64,000 nucleotides of DNA from Squalus acanthias (taxonomy: Eukaryota). Shown in pieces: positions 1-13,229 of this stretch. The translations under genes were made by a program, and so were the position numbers. Below the pieces are notes generated by a model. The model was not told where the DNA came from, made no database searches, and was given only the letters and a program-made list of their open reading frames with translations. The stretch is from assembly GCA_030390025.1 (NCBI GenBank), contig CM059425.1, forward strand, positions 70,556,001 to 70,620,000. The letters are read 5' to 3'. Position 1 is the first letter of the stretch; every line of letters begins with the position of its first letter.

Positions 1-3000
1 TCTCTGTGCCGAGTTCTTTTGTGTGACCCTGGTCACTCGTTGCTGTAATAGGATATCACAGAGATTCTCCCCTGGAATCCTCAATCACCACCTGAAAAGC
101 AATTCTGTAGACACTGCTCAGTATCTCTGTAGCTGCGGGAAGCTAAGCTAAGGGCACACACACAGCGTTCAGTTAGCGCCCATCGACTGAAGTGCTCGGC
201 GTGTCACTCGATTACTGTGCGGCTAACACAGCTAGCAAACCAGGAGCTAAAAGTATAAACTACAATTGCTTAATGGGTTTACCTGCATGCAAGCGATATC
301 TGCGATTTCCACCCTCCCCACCCCCCAAAACAAACTGAATAGGGTACACACCAGGATACTGGAGGATGGAGAATTGCTCAACCCTACCTCGGCAGGCCAT
401 GGCTTTCTGTCTTCATGTAAATCAGTGCCTGTCACTGCATGCATGATTCACTGCTCAGAGTGTACTGTTCTGTGACGAATGAGTCCCGCTTAATTTGGCA
501 GTGATTATGCAGGTTGCTAGCCTCCTAAACCCCTTTGAACTTGTAATTGCTGCTGGTTTAAATAATGAACATTAAGGGGGGGGATTCAGAAAAGTGTGGA
601 TAATTACAGGCTTTTTTTCCTCTTCGCTGGCAAAGGGTTGCTGAGGTGGCTGTGAATGGTGTCATAGCAGCCTGTGCAAGCTTGCTTTTGACATCAGGAA
701 ATCTCAAGAGCCCCTAAGAAAGGAGGGGCGATGGCACCGATGAATATTCATAAGGCAGCCACCTCTGTAGTTGTCTTGCTTCCCATTTTTTTGGTAAAGC
801 AAAACCGCTCACAATTATGGACATACAAAGGAGTGGTTTAGCAGTTGCACCGTATTACATGCTTAGGCATCAAAAATTACATTATCGTTAAAAACAAAAG
901 CAGTCAAAGTCTGAGGCTACTTTTTTTTAGATAGCTTTGAATGACATTACCACAACTGATGTAGAGTGCACCCTAATCAAAAAATGTTCCAATGTAACAG
1001 TGCAGCGTTTAATTTTCAAGTCAAACGGTAAAGATTTATAGTAGCACTGGTAAACCAAAGAGTCCCTGTGTCTGTTTTTGATTTTACTACTTTCCTCCCC
1101 TCCAACCACCCCCACCCCCCCCCCACCACGACCCTTTTAGCTCTTTGTCTATTTGCACTTTTGCTCTGGATTTTCTTTACCCTGGTGTGAGACGAATATC
1201 AAAGACCTGTGCTGTTTGTAGGCCTCCAGCACATAACAACATCTCAATGGTACATTTTTAGAACCTGCGTCACAACATGGCAGCCTATGATTAATGGCAA
1301 CTACATTGAAAGCAGCAGCTCGTCAACAACGCCCTCCAGCAGCGCTGCAGAAAAGTACGCAATCCTGCTCTGCGAAGGTTGGCGCTGCCACAGAACCTGG
1401 ATCGTGTGGAATACTGACACAAAACACCATATAAAGCCATACCTACACAAGTACATTTTACAATCTCCTTTGGATCGCATCACCTTTTATCTGTTCATTA
1501 TATTGCAAATAAGCAAGTTTGATAGGAAGCATGTGACTAAGAAATGAGTATAGACTTAACAATCTGGATTTTCAATGCTGAAAAATGGAAGGCTTTCATG
1601 GTAAGGTAATTTTCTGGCTATTTATGTGAGGGCAGGTGAGTTCATTTTTTAATCCATTAAATTTTGATCTTGCAATGTAGGAATATTAAATCGCAGATGC
1701 TAGCAGGAAGATGACGAGGGTTTATTTTTTTTTAAAAGCACATTTGGGTGATAAGTGAAAATCCACTCTTGTGAAAATACTTAGGTTTTACAGAATTATA
1801 TTTAAGTTCAAGTTGACAAAGCTTTTCTGAAAATATTTTAAAAAAACATTTTTAGCCGGGATTAAAGTGGTACCTACAGGAAACCACGATTAATTCAAAT
1901 GGATGGTTAAAAATATTAAGCAAGTGAAAAACTGAGATTTAAAAAAATCTGCACTCTACATTTTTAGATAGTTTGTTTGAGGGACATACAGTACCAACAC
2001 AAAAAGAACAGATTACTCTTTTCACTTTGTAAGCACTCCATAGTGGTAAAGGGGACTGCAGGCTTTAGTTTCAAAAATCTCTCTGAAGAAAAACCAATTG
2101 CTTGCTCTGCTCAGAAGTTCTTTTCCAGTCTACTCTTTGTGTTTTACAGATAAAGTCATCAATAAGCACTGTGTTTGACTTCTACTAGTTCAAAAATATT
2201 TATGCCCTTTGAAGTGTAGCTAAGCTGGATTTGGGATTTACCTACGGTAGCACTTTATAAAGAAGGTGATCTGTAAAGCATGAAAACATCTTGCTATTAG
2301 ATGAGAAAGAAGTGCTCAAGACATGCTAATATTTCCAGCAGTATTATAATTCAAGCTTCTGCCAATCTTTTCTACTAGTCACTGTCCAAATGAATCGTAT
2401 ATTCTGTGCATTAGAAATCAGGCTAAAGCTTTAGCCATTTCAAATATGTCGCTAAATCTGCAATAGACCAGCCTTCCCTCCAAAAATGCATATTTATACT
2501 TTTATTGTGGCGTACAGCTGAACACTAGGATTAGACTTAGAAGTAATACTGAGAAAATGTAAGACAGGGGCCAATTTATTTTTTGCGTTTTGGCTAAACA
2601 TATATTATGTCAATTAAAGCAGCAAAAGGTGCTTTCTACTGGTGTCATAAGCATGCAACAGGGCACTTTGGGAAGAGCATAATTAAAATAATGTCAGGAT
2701 GTAAAAATTAGCCCTGTGGCAAACCAAAATCCTTTTCGATATTTACAGTCATTGGAAAAATGACAGTACCTTTTTGGCAACGTAAGCTCAGAGTTGTGCT
2801 AGATTTTTTTTCAGGCAAACTTAACCCGATCATTTAAAAGAAAGATATTGGGGACTGGGGGTGGGCGCTGTGTGGAGTGGGGGATGGCTGGCACCATTCT
2901 TACTCGCCAACTCTTTGGGTGAACTAGTCCTCCAAGCACTGCTGTGCAAAAAAATTGGTAGTGCTGGCATGACAACTTGCTGGAAACAGCATTGTACCAT

Positions 3001-6000
3001 CACTTAAACATTCCACAGAGCACAAAACAATTGACAAAAACTATTTTCTGTGATTCAGAGCTAAATGCCATGCGATTGCTGCTCCTATCCACCCTTATAA
3101 AATATAGCTGTAATACATTTATGTAATAGTGGCTGATCTGGAGGATTTGAAATAAATGTAACTGGATTCAAAACTGTAGTTTGGAGAATAGATTTGTAGA
3201 CTTGCTGTAAAGAAAAGTTCTGTTTTATATCTGACTTAAAAAAATTGTTAGTTATTGCAATCCTGGAAGGGTTAATACCCCCATCTCATAGCTTCATTAC
3301 TTCATGTGAGAAAACAGGACAAAGACAACAGATGGCAGACAGTGTTGACTTCTGTCCTTTCCATTGTACAAAAAAGGCTGCAGAGAACCTTGTTTGATAA
3401 AAGCAGAGGCTTTGGTGGCCTTCGCCATAATTATCTGATAGCTCTGTGACTGATGAGCTCTGGAACATTTAGTTTTCTATAGACACGGTCTGTGACAAGT
3501 GAACTGTCCCTAGGTTGCTATGGGTGACCAAAGTGCTGACATCGAGTCCCTACAGCAAACAAGCACATGACAAATGAGGCTAGGAGCCTCAATCAGTTCT
3601 GAATCTAGGTGACCCCCAGTCCCACTAGACAAAAAAAAAACTGTCCAAAGGACCAGAATGGGTTAAACCGAGACCTTAAATTTAATTCAAAACTTAAAAG
3701 AACATTGGAATCTGTATAAAAAACATACGTTAAGAATAACTCAAAATACGGCTGCTTTTTACGATCTGGACCAGAAGGTAATATCTAGTAAATAATTCTG
3801 TCTTTATATATTATTTTCCTTCATTGAAAGCCTGATAACAGTGCAAAACATAACTTTGGCAATTATTAATGCAAACAATAAGCAGATGTGTTCCAGCTAT
3901 ACAGGCTATAGCAGCTCTGCCAGTTGAGCTGCAGTCCACTCTCCTGCAACAAGGCAGAATGTAAAAGAGGCCCTGCTGAACTATTGCTGGAAAAGGGGCA
4001 GCCTGACAAACAGGGTGTGCTAAAGCCTATGTCCATGCTATAATGGGTGGACTAGTCTTTGTGTCAAGCAAACATCCTCTCCTAGGATAAGATTGCCTGT
4101 AGCCATGTGTAACATGGTTAACTGTTAGCCTAACAGCTCAAAGGCCATGTGTGTTGCATCAAACTTAATGATAATTTTCATCACCATAGTGTTGCCACGG
4201 TGACAGAAATGGAATTGTGCCAATGACCAAAATTTGTCATAATTAAAGTTCACAAACTGTCAATTATTTTTCTCTTTCAGAATTATATTTTGCATCCCAG
4301 TGATCTTCCAACTTACCTCCATTCCTGCAGTTTTATTCTGGCTGGGATAGCTGGCAAATGAAATGAGCAATTGTATCTTGAACTTAAACTTAAACTTTTA
4401 GCTTTGCACAAAAGATTAATTTCAAGCATCTGATTGTAGTATTTCATTTGAGGAGATTTTTTTTTAATCTGGAAAAGGTAACAATTTTACTCCATCAAAG
4501 CCTGTCACATTCTAATGGAGGCCTGAAAGCCTCTGCACTGAAATAAGAGCCACCTCAATGTGTTTGTTGTAGCAAAGATAAGGACATCTCTCTGAAAATT
4601 GATGTGAGCATTTATAGGGGGAGGTCTTTGTGCCTGAGCACTTCCTGTTTTCATTCTGTGATCAAATATGTTCTTTGCAGAGCATACAGGAGAGTCCTTG
4701 AGAGGAAAGGCAAAGGAAGCCGAGGGGCTAATTGAGTGGTCTGAGGGCTTCTCAATATATCTAGTTTAAGGATCCTTCCTTTTCAGTCAATGAAAATCAG
4801 TCTTGGGTCAGGCTCAGCAAGATATCTTAACTGCTTGGCTTTGAGTATTTTTTTTTAACTAAGTCAAATCAATAGGAGCTTGTTGTTTAACTCAATGGTA
4901 ATGTTGCTGGGCAAAATCAAAAAAGAATGCACCAGCTTCGATGATGTTTAATTCTGATTTCATTGGCATAGCACAACTACAAGGGAATGCAAGTGTAAAA
5001 TTCCAGCGTCTCCAAGTGTCCTGCATCTGGCATGTGTGTTAAGCATTGCTACGTGGCGCACTCTATTCACATAATAGGGCAAAACTCAAGTCTCATGCAT
5101 TTCAATGTTTAGAATTCGGAAACTCTAATAGTTAAATATCTGCATGTTAAAAAAACACCTTCCATATATCACTACCCCTCCCCCACCCCATTATGAGCTG
5201 CAACACTAAAAACTTTCTTCACAGTAACAAAAAAATCTATAAAAATGAACACAACCAATGACGAGTGGAAACTATACTTTACTTTTTTCCCCCTTTGCTG
5301 CATTAAACTAACTGCTGGGAATTGTTGTGGCCGGCCTTTGTTGTTTTTGTCCCTCAGAGTTGTTCAGAGGAGGTGACAATGGCTTAGAGTTGAGAACATA
5401 TGTAGAAAGACCCCTGCGGTTGATGGAAAAGTTGCTCCATGCTGCTTGGTTGTTTGAAAAAAAACAACCAATGTTCCTTTCTTCCGACAAAGCTAATGAA
5501 TGCATGAATGCTAGAATGCAGCAATGACCCATTCAGAAGGAAAGTCTTAGGACCCTCCCTGCAAGAGCACATCCTGCGATAGTGAAATACATTTGCTTAA
5601 CAAATTAAATTAATGAGATAATTCAATTAGTCTTTTTGATGTGAAAAACAATACTGCTTAAGGAAGGGATTACTGTAGTACAAGAACAGTTTGGCCTTCA
5701 CAAAGAGCGGAGCAAAAAAAAACGCTTTAAAATAATGTATTAAAAAATGGAAGGACAATGAAGAGAACTTGCATTGAATTCTACAGTGGTTTTAGTTGTA
5801 TACTTGTTTGTATTAGCACAGCCAGATGGGAAAATTCTCACATTACTTCAGTCATAGGGAAACGTAATCGTTCGTCAATAAACTGGGAAATGTCAAGGCT
5901 GAGTAGGAGCCAAACAAAGTGAAACTTTTGACTTGCGTGTGGAAGGAGTGCTCTGGTGGGTGCTTCTGCCAAGGTTTTTTACACTAAAACACAGCCATGC

Positions 6001-6044
6001 CCTGCAGGACAGGGGGAAAAAAACCTCCCAGCAGCTTCTCCAGC

Positions 6045-6336
6045 NNNNNNNNNNNNNNNNNNNNNNNNNNNNNNNNNNNNNNNNNNNNNNNNNNNNNNNN
6101 NNNNNNNNNNNNNNNNNNNNNNNNNNNNNNNNNNNNNNNNNNNNNNNNNNNNNNNNNNNNNNNNNNNNNNNNNNNNNNNNNNNNNNNNNNNNNNNNNNNN
6201 NNNNNNNNNNNNNNNNNNNNNNNNNNNNNNNNNNNNNNNNNNNNNNNNNNNNNNNNNNNNNNNNNNNNNNNNNNNNNNNNNNNNNNNNNNNNNNNNNNNN
6301 NNNNNNNNNNNNNNNNNNNNNNNNNNNNNNNNNNNN
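6045..6336. other. Assembly gap (292 N)
   Basis: Run of N. Confidence 1.
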
Positions 6337-7409
6337 CATGTTCTGTCTAATTCCTCTGTGCAAACGGGCACAGGGCACCTGACCTCCAAAAAGGCCATAG
6401 CTGCAAGGCAGAATACCCACTGCTTCAACAGAGCAGTGACCATTCTGGTTAATCCTGACCCCTAAGCCACAATCAATATACCTTCATTTACTAATAATGT
6501 CTTTACATCAAAGTGACAGTTAAGAAATGGGGATCCAATATTCACCTTTCTTTCACTATCTTTCTGACTTAAGTTTTAGAAGTTTCAAGCATCGATAAGA
6601 CTTTTAAAAGGTCTGAATCATATTGTAACTATCATTGAAACCGGAAAGCATTTTTACCCTTTTAAAGAGTTGTGACTCTGGCTTGGTCAGTACGTGTGTT
6701 GAAACAGGTTTGAACTCAGAACCTTACAGGTGAAAGGATGGTAAACACATCCTAGGAGTTACTTGTTCCCTCCTTTCAAAAGTTCTCCTGACAGAACAAA
6801 CATTTGTAAAGGGGAAGTGTACTGTGCTGAACTCTCACACAGTCCAGTGTTAACAAGGGGAATATCTGTAGGCCTATGAGTCTCTCCATTACTCTATTAG
6901 CTGGCTTTAGAACTGCTGATTAGAGGCAGCTCCGAAGCGTGCATTTTAGTATATACCTGCCCCTCATGTGATGTCATGACTATCCACTCCAGTGACATTA
7001 TGAATGGAGAATACTGTCAATAATCCAATCTACCCAAATCCATGATGCTACTGGATTGTTTCTTCTTCACGTCATGTGAGGGGGAGTTCCACACAACGTC
7101 TGTTCTTAGACTGTTTCGAATCAACAGTGCTAAAGCATAAAACAGGACAACAAGAGGCGAGTGAGACATAGTTACCTCCCTTTCGATTATGGGGCAATTA
7201 GTAGAAAATACAGTTGATTAAGATTTGTACACAAGACAATTAGCAAGGAAATAAATGTCTCCGAAGAAATTTAATTCAACAATGATGCACCTCAGTACAT
7301 CTACATACACCGGACTTGGCTTTACTGGACAGTAAAACCAGTGCCTGCTTTAAGACATCATGAAATCAGCAGGTGGATAAAGTACAAAGTTGTGTACTAA
7401 AGAGATAAT

Positions 7410-8185
7410 GGCTCCAATGCTTACGGGAAAGCAGGGAGGGTGCGGGGGAAGGGCAAAAACGGCCTGGGTACGTGTCCAGGCTGGGGCACGGAGGTCCTGA
7501 TGAATTTAACGGCAGGACCTCATTCTAATTTTTTTCTTCTTTCTCCCGCCCGGCAGCCAGCTGAATTGACAGGCTGGCTGACTGCTGGGCAGGAAAATCA
7601 GTGGCAGGAGGCTACAGCTAGGGACACTTAGGGACAGTCCCCGACAACTGGCAGAGGGGAAGACCTGAGATATGGGTTTGGGGGCGTGGAGGGTGGGGGG
7701 GGGGGGAAGAGAGTGGCAATCGGGAGAGAAGAATGCCGGAGATTGATGCCTGGGAGAGGTGGGCAGAGAGAAGGATCGGGAGAGGGGAAGACCGGAGATT
7801 GGGGCCAGGGGGCAGGCCACAACAGCCGAAGGCTTCCTCAAGGGGCCAGGGGAAGCACTCCTGCTGTAAAAGGCACTTACCTTCTTGAGCCAGCAGCTCC
7901 CGCCTCTCTTTTACTGCCAGGTTTCCTGAGCCCTGGGAAACCTGCGCAACTACTGTTAAATTTAAATCAGGCTCCCAATTACACTGTGGGAGACTGATTT
8001 AAATATGTTAATGAAGTGCCCCACCTCTTCACGGCGTGACACTTGGATGCTGCGAAACCAGACGCCATAAAAAGGCGGCAGGGGCATAGGTGGCGGGTTG
8101 AGGGCGCTTTCCCCGTTTTCACATTTTTAACAGCCCCCCGCCCCCAACACTTTCCCGCCCAACTCGGTGGATTAATATCGAGGCC
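7410..8185. mobile_element. GC-rich non-autonomous DNA transposon (MITE, PIF/Harbinger-like)
   Basis: Degenerate TIRs GGCTCCAATGCTTA and (rc) GGCCTCGATATTAA; AAT on both flanks (7407-7409, 8186-8188); abrupt GC rise. Confidence 0.65.
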
Positions 8186-8385
8186 AATACCGCTGTAATA
8201 AAGTATCCACCTGTATTACAGACATTACCAGAAATTGCTCAACCATTTTGTTATTTTCTCCCCCTTTTTACAGCCTCCCTGCACTTCACACCATTTCCCA
8301 ACTCACGTGGTGCTCAGGTGACCCATTTCCGGGCCTCTGCCAATCCAACTATTACACCAACCACAGGATGTGTGTACAAGGAAAG

Positions 8386-8985
8386 GGGGTAGAAATTGGA
8401 CCTTGTTGCACCGTAAATTTTGGGGACCAAGGGCCCCAAGGCTGCCTGACAGATGTTCAACCTGATATTGGGTCGGGCCATTTTTCAGGTGCCGGGGGTG
8501 GGGGTCTACATAAAACAGGCGTTTGACCCCTTGCACTCGCCAATGAGGGGCCTAATGCCTGTTTCAGGACTCCTCTGGGAAATTGGGCTGCCCTAAAGCG
8601 GAGCAGGTGCCGGGCCATCTCCGCTCAGATTTTCCTGGTGTGGATGTGGCCTAGCAAGTGGTCCTCACCAAAAAGGCAAGTACATTTTTGAAAAACTTGA
8701 TGTAGAACCAAGAGGAGCAGGACTGCTGCTCGCGGCTCCACAGCACTCCCAAGGACCACTGCCGACCTGCGATCTCCTCAGGACTTATCTGAGGGCTGCT
8801 GCCCAAAATAAACCCGTTCGCAATGGGCGAGCTGTCTCTGGAGCCGGACGTACTGGCAACTCACCCGAATTATTGAAAGGTAGTCAGAGGCCCAATTTCT
8901 GGTGAGCCTCTGGCTTCCCGGTTGGGGTGTTCACCATCTGCGTTGGTTATGTGCCCAAAAACAGGCCGTGGCCCATTTCTACCCC
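8386..8985. mobile_element. MITE (PIF/Harbinger-like), 600 bp
   Basis: TIRs GGGGTAGAAATTGG and (rc) GGGGTAGAAATGGG; exact 3-bp TSD AAG at 8383-8385 and 8986-8988. Confidence 0.8.
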
Positions 8986-9180
8986 AAGGTTACTTTTTTC
9001 CCTCACTTTGGGGGAACACCTCTCTTCTGCTTGTCTCTTTTTCTAAATGGCCTGGTTGACAGTGGGAGCTTATTGTGTGCATATCACTGGAAGGCCTTAA
9101 AGTTATATTTTGATAGAGTAAAATAGCTGGAACTTAAGTGTCAGAATTCAGATTTCATTTTCCCACCTGGAAAAGATAGT

Positions 9181-9610
9181 GGGGTAAATCCTGACATTGT
9201 GCGATAGTGTAAACATAGAAACATAGAATCTAGGAGCAGGAGTAGGCCATTCGGCCCGTCGAGCCTGCTCCACCATTCAATACGATCATGGCTGATCATC
9301 CAAATCCAGTACCCTGTCCCTGCTTTAATCCCCACAGTACACATATCCCACCCTACCCCCATAACCCCACGTATTTAATTCCCCCTAACATATCCCATCC
9401 TATCCCCATAACCCCACATATTTAATCCCCCCCTAACACTAAGGGTCAATTTATCATAGCCAAATCAACCTAACCCGCACATTTTTGGACTGTGGGAGGA
9501 AACCGGAGCACCCGGAGGAAACCCACGCAGACACGGGGAGAATGTGCAAACTCCACACAGACAGGGTTACCACCCGTTTTACACTATCGCGCAAAGTCAA
9601 GAGCTACCCC
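9181..9610. mobile_element. Small palindromic MITE (~80 bp) split by a SINE insertion
   Basis: Left arm GGGGTAAATCCTGACATTGTGCGATAGTGTAAA is the near reverse complement of right arm TTTACACTATCGCGCAAAGTCAAGAGCTACCCC; flanks AGT/AGC. Confidence 0.75.
9211..9564 (-). mobile_element. HE1-like V-SINE, 5'-truncated
   Basis: V-domain GTGTGGAGTTTGCACATTCTCCCCGTGTCTGCGTGGGTTTCCTCCGGGTGCTCCGGTTTCCTCCCAC on the minus strand. CR1/HER1-type tail ending (TTCTATGT)n is shared with the LINE at 28802-29961. tRNA head missing. Confidence 0.85.
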
Positions 9611-10162
9611 AGCCTGTCTGCTGGTCTTTTCCCCCTCCGTTAAGTCACACCTGTACCTTGCATTTACACCCATAAGAAGAAATAAAGACAATATAGAAGT
9701 CTGCTACAAATCTGTGTTGCGTCCTGCTATCAGAATCATTTTGCTTTTCATTTCTGTTCTTGTAGCTTCTTATTATAAATCTATGAATCCCTCGTAAAAT
9801 CTCCCATACAAAATACTGACAAATTGCAGCCGGTGTTTAAAATGAAGGGTTGCATTCAGGGAGCAAAAAGAAGGTCATATTCGCTGTTAAAACAAGTGCA
9901 AGTTTCTGCCTTGATAGTACAATGCTGTACCTACATGACACCGTCATTAGTGCACAAGCATACTGTGCCTGGAGACCATCTCAATGGAAGTATTTTACTT
10001 CACACCAACCGTGTAACAGTAAAATCTTGCCGGTACAGGTTGATGTGGATTTTTATTGCAGTAAAGGCATCATGTGATTTCATTAACTGTATGCATGCCG
10101 ATACTTTAAATACAAATTCTAAAATTTAGCACAAATACAATCTAGACTGACCAATGCAGTAA

Positions 10163-10603
10163 AACTTTTTCCCTCTTTCTCTTCTTTTTTTTCTCTCTCC
10201 TGAAACTGTGACTCATTGCTAGAGCTTGGCATCGACATCACTGGCAGTCCCCCCAGTACCTCATCCAAACTGGCCGTTCTTCATATGTGTGAAGGGACTA
10301 TTCTATCGGGGGGGAAGGGAAAGCGAGGGAAATCGCAGCTGATTCTGTCCTCACTGAACGTCTCCACATGTGCACTATCCAGCAGGGGTTACTGGATCAG
10401 TAATCAGGAGAGGAATCCCTGGCACGTTTCTCCCTCCCCACGAAAGCCTGAGGAAGCTGAAGTCAATTGCAGTGCCCTGAAAACCAGCCTGGCTGAGATA
10501 AAACAAACCCAGTACAGCCCACCGGTTAAACCTGGGACCTTCCTGGTCAATGCAGCTCAGAGCCACAAGCACAAAGTGGATTAACCCACTCAGCTATTAG
10601 GAT
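10163..10603 (-). mobile_element. tRNA-derived SINE (family also at 45501-45932)
   Basis: Minus-strand head with A-box-like TAGCTGAGTGG and degenerate B-box (GGTCCCAGGTTTAACC); body colinear with the 45.5 kb copy; purine-rich tail. Confidence 0.65.
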
Positions 10604-11946
10604 TCTCTATTTTATCATTCTTTAACAACCGCAAAAATATTTGTACGTTTATCATGAATTATTCAGTGCAATTGTTTGAATGCAAAGACACCACATTCAG
10701 TGTCATTTAGTGGGAAACAATCAAATCAAAGGTTAGATCTTACATTTTTAGGGGCTCAGCTCTAAGAATCCACAGATAAGACACATTTATGTACGTTTCC
10801 CCCTGCATTCCATATAACTGGAGAAACTATTTTATTAACTCTGCCCAACAAGTTACTGGTCGTATTCACTAGCTTATTAATATTTTTAATAATTCACTAC
10901 AATTTGATAATGTAACCTATAGCTTTGCATAAAAGTTTGTCGGCCGAACAATGACAAAATACGCTTAATTTTGCAGGTGGAAAATACTGTTGGCAAAGTT
11001 CGGTTGCTGTAGGAATGAAATATTTTTTTTTGATTAAAGGTATTCAGGTGATGACAGGAGCTGCACACTTCAGCGCACATGCTGTTACAAAGGAAGCAGC
11101 TGCTTCCCAGCTGTAGGACTGGACCCACATACTGTACAAAGCATCCCCGAGCTTAAAGTGCACACAAAGAAATTGCAGCAGCTCAACAAATGCATCTTAG
11201 TTTGCATTAAAACCAATCTTTGTGGCTAAACAAATGAGTTGAAACTGTAGCTTATCAGATGGGAACAATTTTTAAAATATAGAAACGTTAAATCTTTATT
11301 GTGATTTCAGCAGGAAAGCTTTTTTTTTGGTTAACCCATTAAGAGCCACTCATAAGTATATTTAACGAAATTAATTTGCGATTTTCAAAAACACACCTTA
11401 TAAATGTTTGGAAACTGAAACTTTTTGAGTGTCTTCACAACAAAAACTAAATAACTAAACTTTTAACGAAAAGAATAAATAACAATGTTACTCCCAGCTA
11501 ATTGGGAACAGTCGTTTTCTGCAGAAGACACAATCCTTCAACAAAGAAAGATCTCCACAGCCTATGTAGACACATTACTGCACAGTACCCACTTATTTAT
11601 ACCAACTGATTCTTTCACATGCAGAACTTTCACGTTGTCTTCCCATTTAATGTATTTGTCCCTTTTGAAGATTTGTTTTGCGCCACATTTCCTCTTTGAG
11701 CTGGGGAAGTGGAATGAACGATACATAGCTATGAATCAACTCTAGAAAAGCATTTCCATAAATGTCCAGCAAGAGATCCAAATTGAGCAGGGCATGTTGG
11801 ACAGAGTCAGTTGGTTCCTCCTTCTCCGCCCACTTGCTGCATTTACTTTGTCGTGTCACCAAGCAAAAAATTGATGGAACTCACCTGTCTGAGGCAACTG
11901 CATCTTAGTTACAGGTGGAACTTCAACTTGTGACATAGTAAAGTAA

Positions 11947-12270
11947 GGGCCCTGAAAGTCCAGAGGCCAAATCCCGCGTAAGTGTCAGAATGCGCCTGCA
12001 CGGAACCTCTGAAACTGACCTGATAGGAATATGTGGGGTCGGGTGGAGATCCTTAATTAAAATATCAATAGCCGGCACCCACAACACTACAGCACCTCTC
12101 GTCCGACACCCCACCCCCTCGCCACCAACCCCCACCTCCCCTCAGCCCCAGCCTCCTCCTCTAATGTGGATGGCCTCGTTTGGGGCAGAAACTGGTGGGC
12201 AAGGCCCAGGGACTGGCATGTCCAGGTCCCAGTTAATTTGCGGCTCTTTTGCCGCACTCCCGCTGGATTT
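11947..12270. mobile_element. Degenerate GC-rich MITE-like fragment
   Basis: Starts GGGCCCTGAAAGTCC with composition like the other MITEs; right TIR and TSD not identifiable. Confidence 0.35.
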
Positions 12271-12998
12271 ACCAATATATTCATTTGAATTTGTCATTAA
12301 AAAAATTAATTCCTCTGCTTTTAAAAAAGAAAATTAAAATCCTTAAGATTATCTTATGTTCAGAGTCTTGGTACTTGGACAATGCCCGTGTGAAACACAA
12401 CCTAAAACACAGTCCCTCACTGTCTCCAACCTGGGATAAAAATTTAATCTGGACTGGCAGGTAATATCTCCACTTCCCCATTGGCTTGACTGACATAACT
12501 CAGCTTAACATCTGAGATTCTCCTATCACAGTGGGTACAGTTAGTGACCCTGTAAATGTATAATGAAATCACCAGAAAGCCTGTTTTTAATGGGTTAACA
12601 GAATTGAAACAGAAATTAGCATCATTCACATTTAAACTGTACATCTATAGTCAGTAATAAAAGCAATGACTTGGAGACTTGATATATATAGCACGTGGTC
12701 AGAAAGTGCACTTCTGGCCCTCTCATTCAGCAACATGCTCGCTAATGAAGTGATTTCTTAATAGTTCCTCAAAATACCAGACCAGAAACAATATCAAACA
12801 ATGTAAAAAGTGTTTCACATTCTTCCTTATGCTCCTGTGAAGTTTATCATCTACAAGAGAATGTTTAGCAAGGCTTGGTGTTTCATATATATGTTGTCGT
12901 GCACAATTATACTTTAATGAGTTGAACATCTACAGAAAATGGAGCCCAGTGCTCATAGATTAAAGAAACAACTTCTCTTGAACTTTAGATGCCATCTA

Positions 12999-13229
<231 letters not shown>

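Noticed and set aside
5893-6465. Long ORFs across 5.9-6.5 kb
   Set aside because: Artefacts of the N gap.
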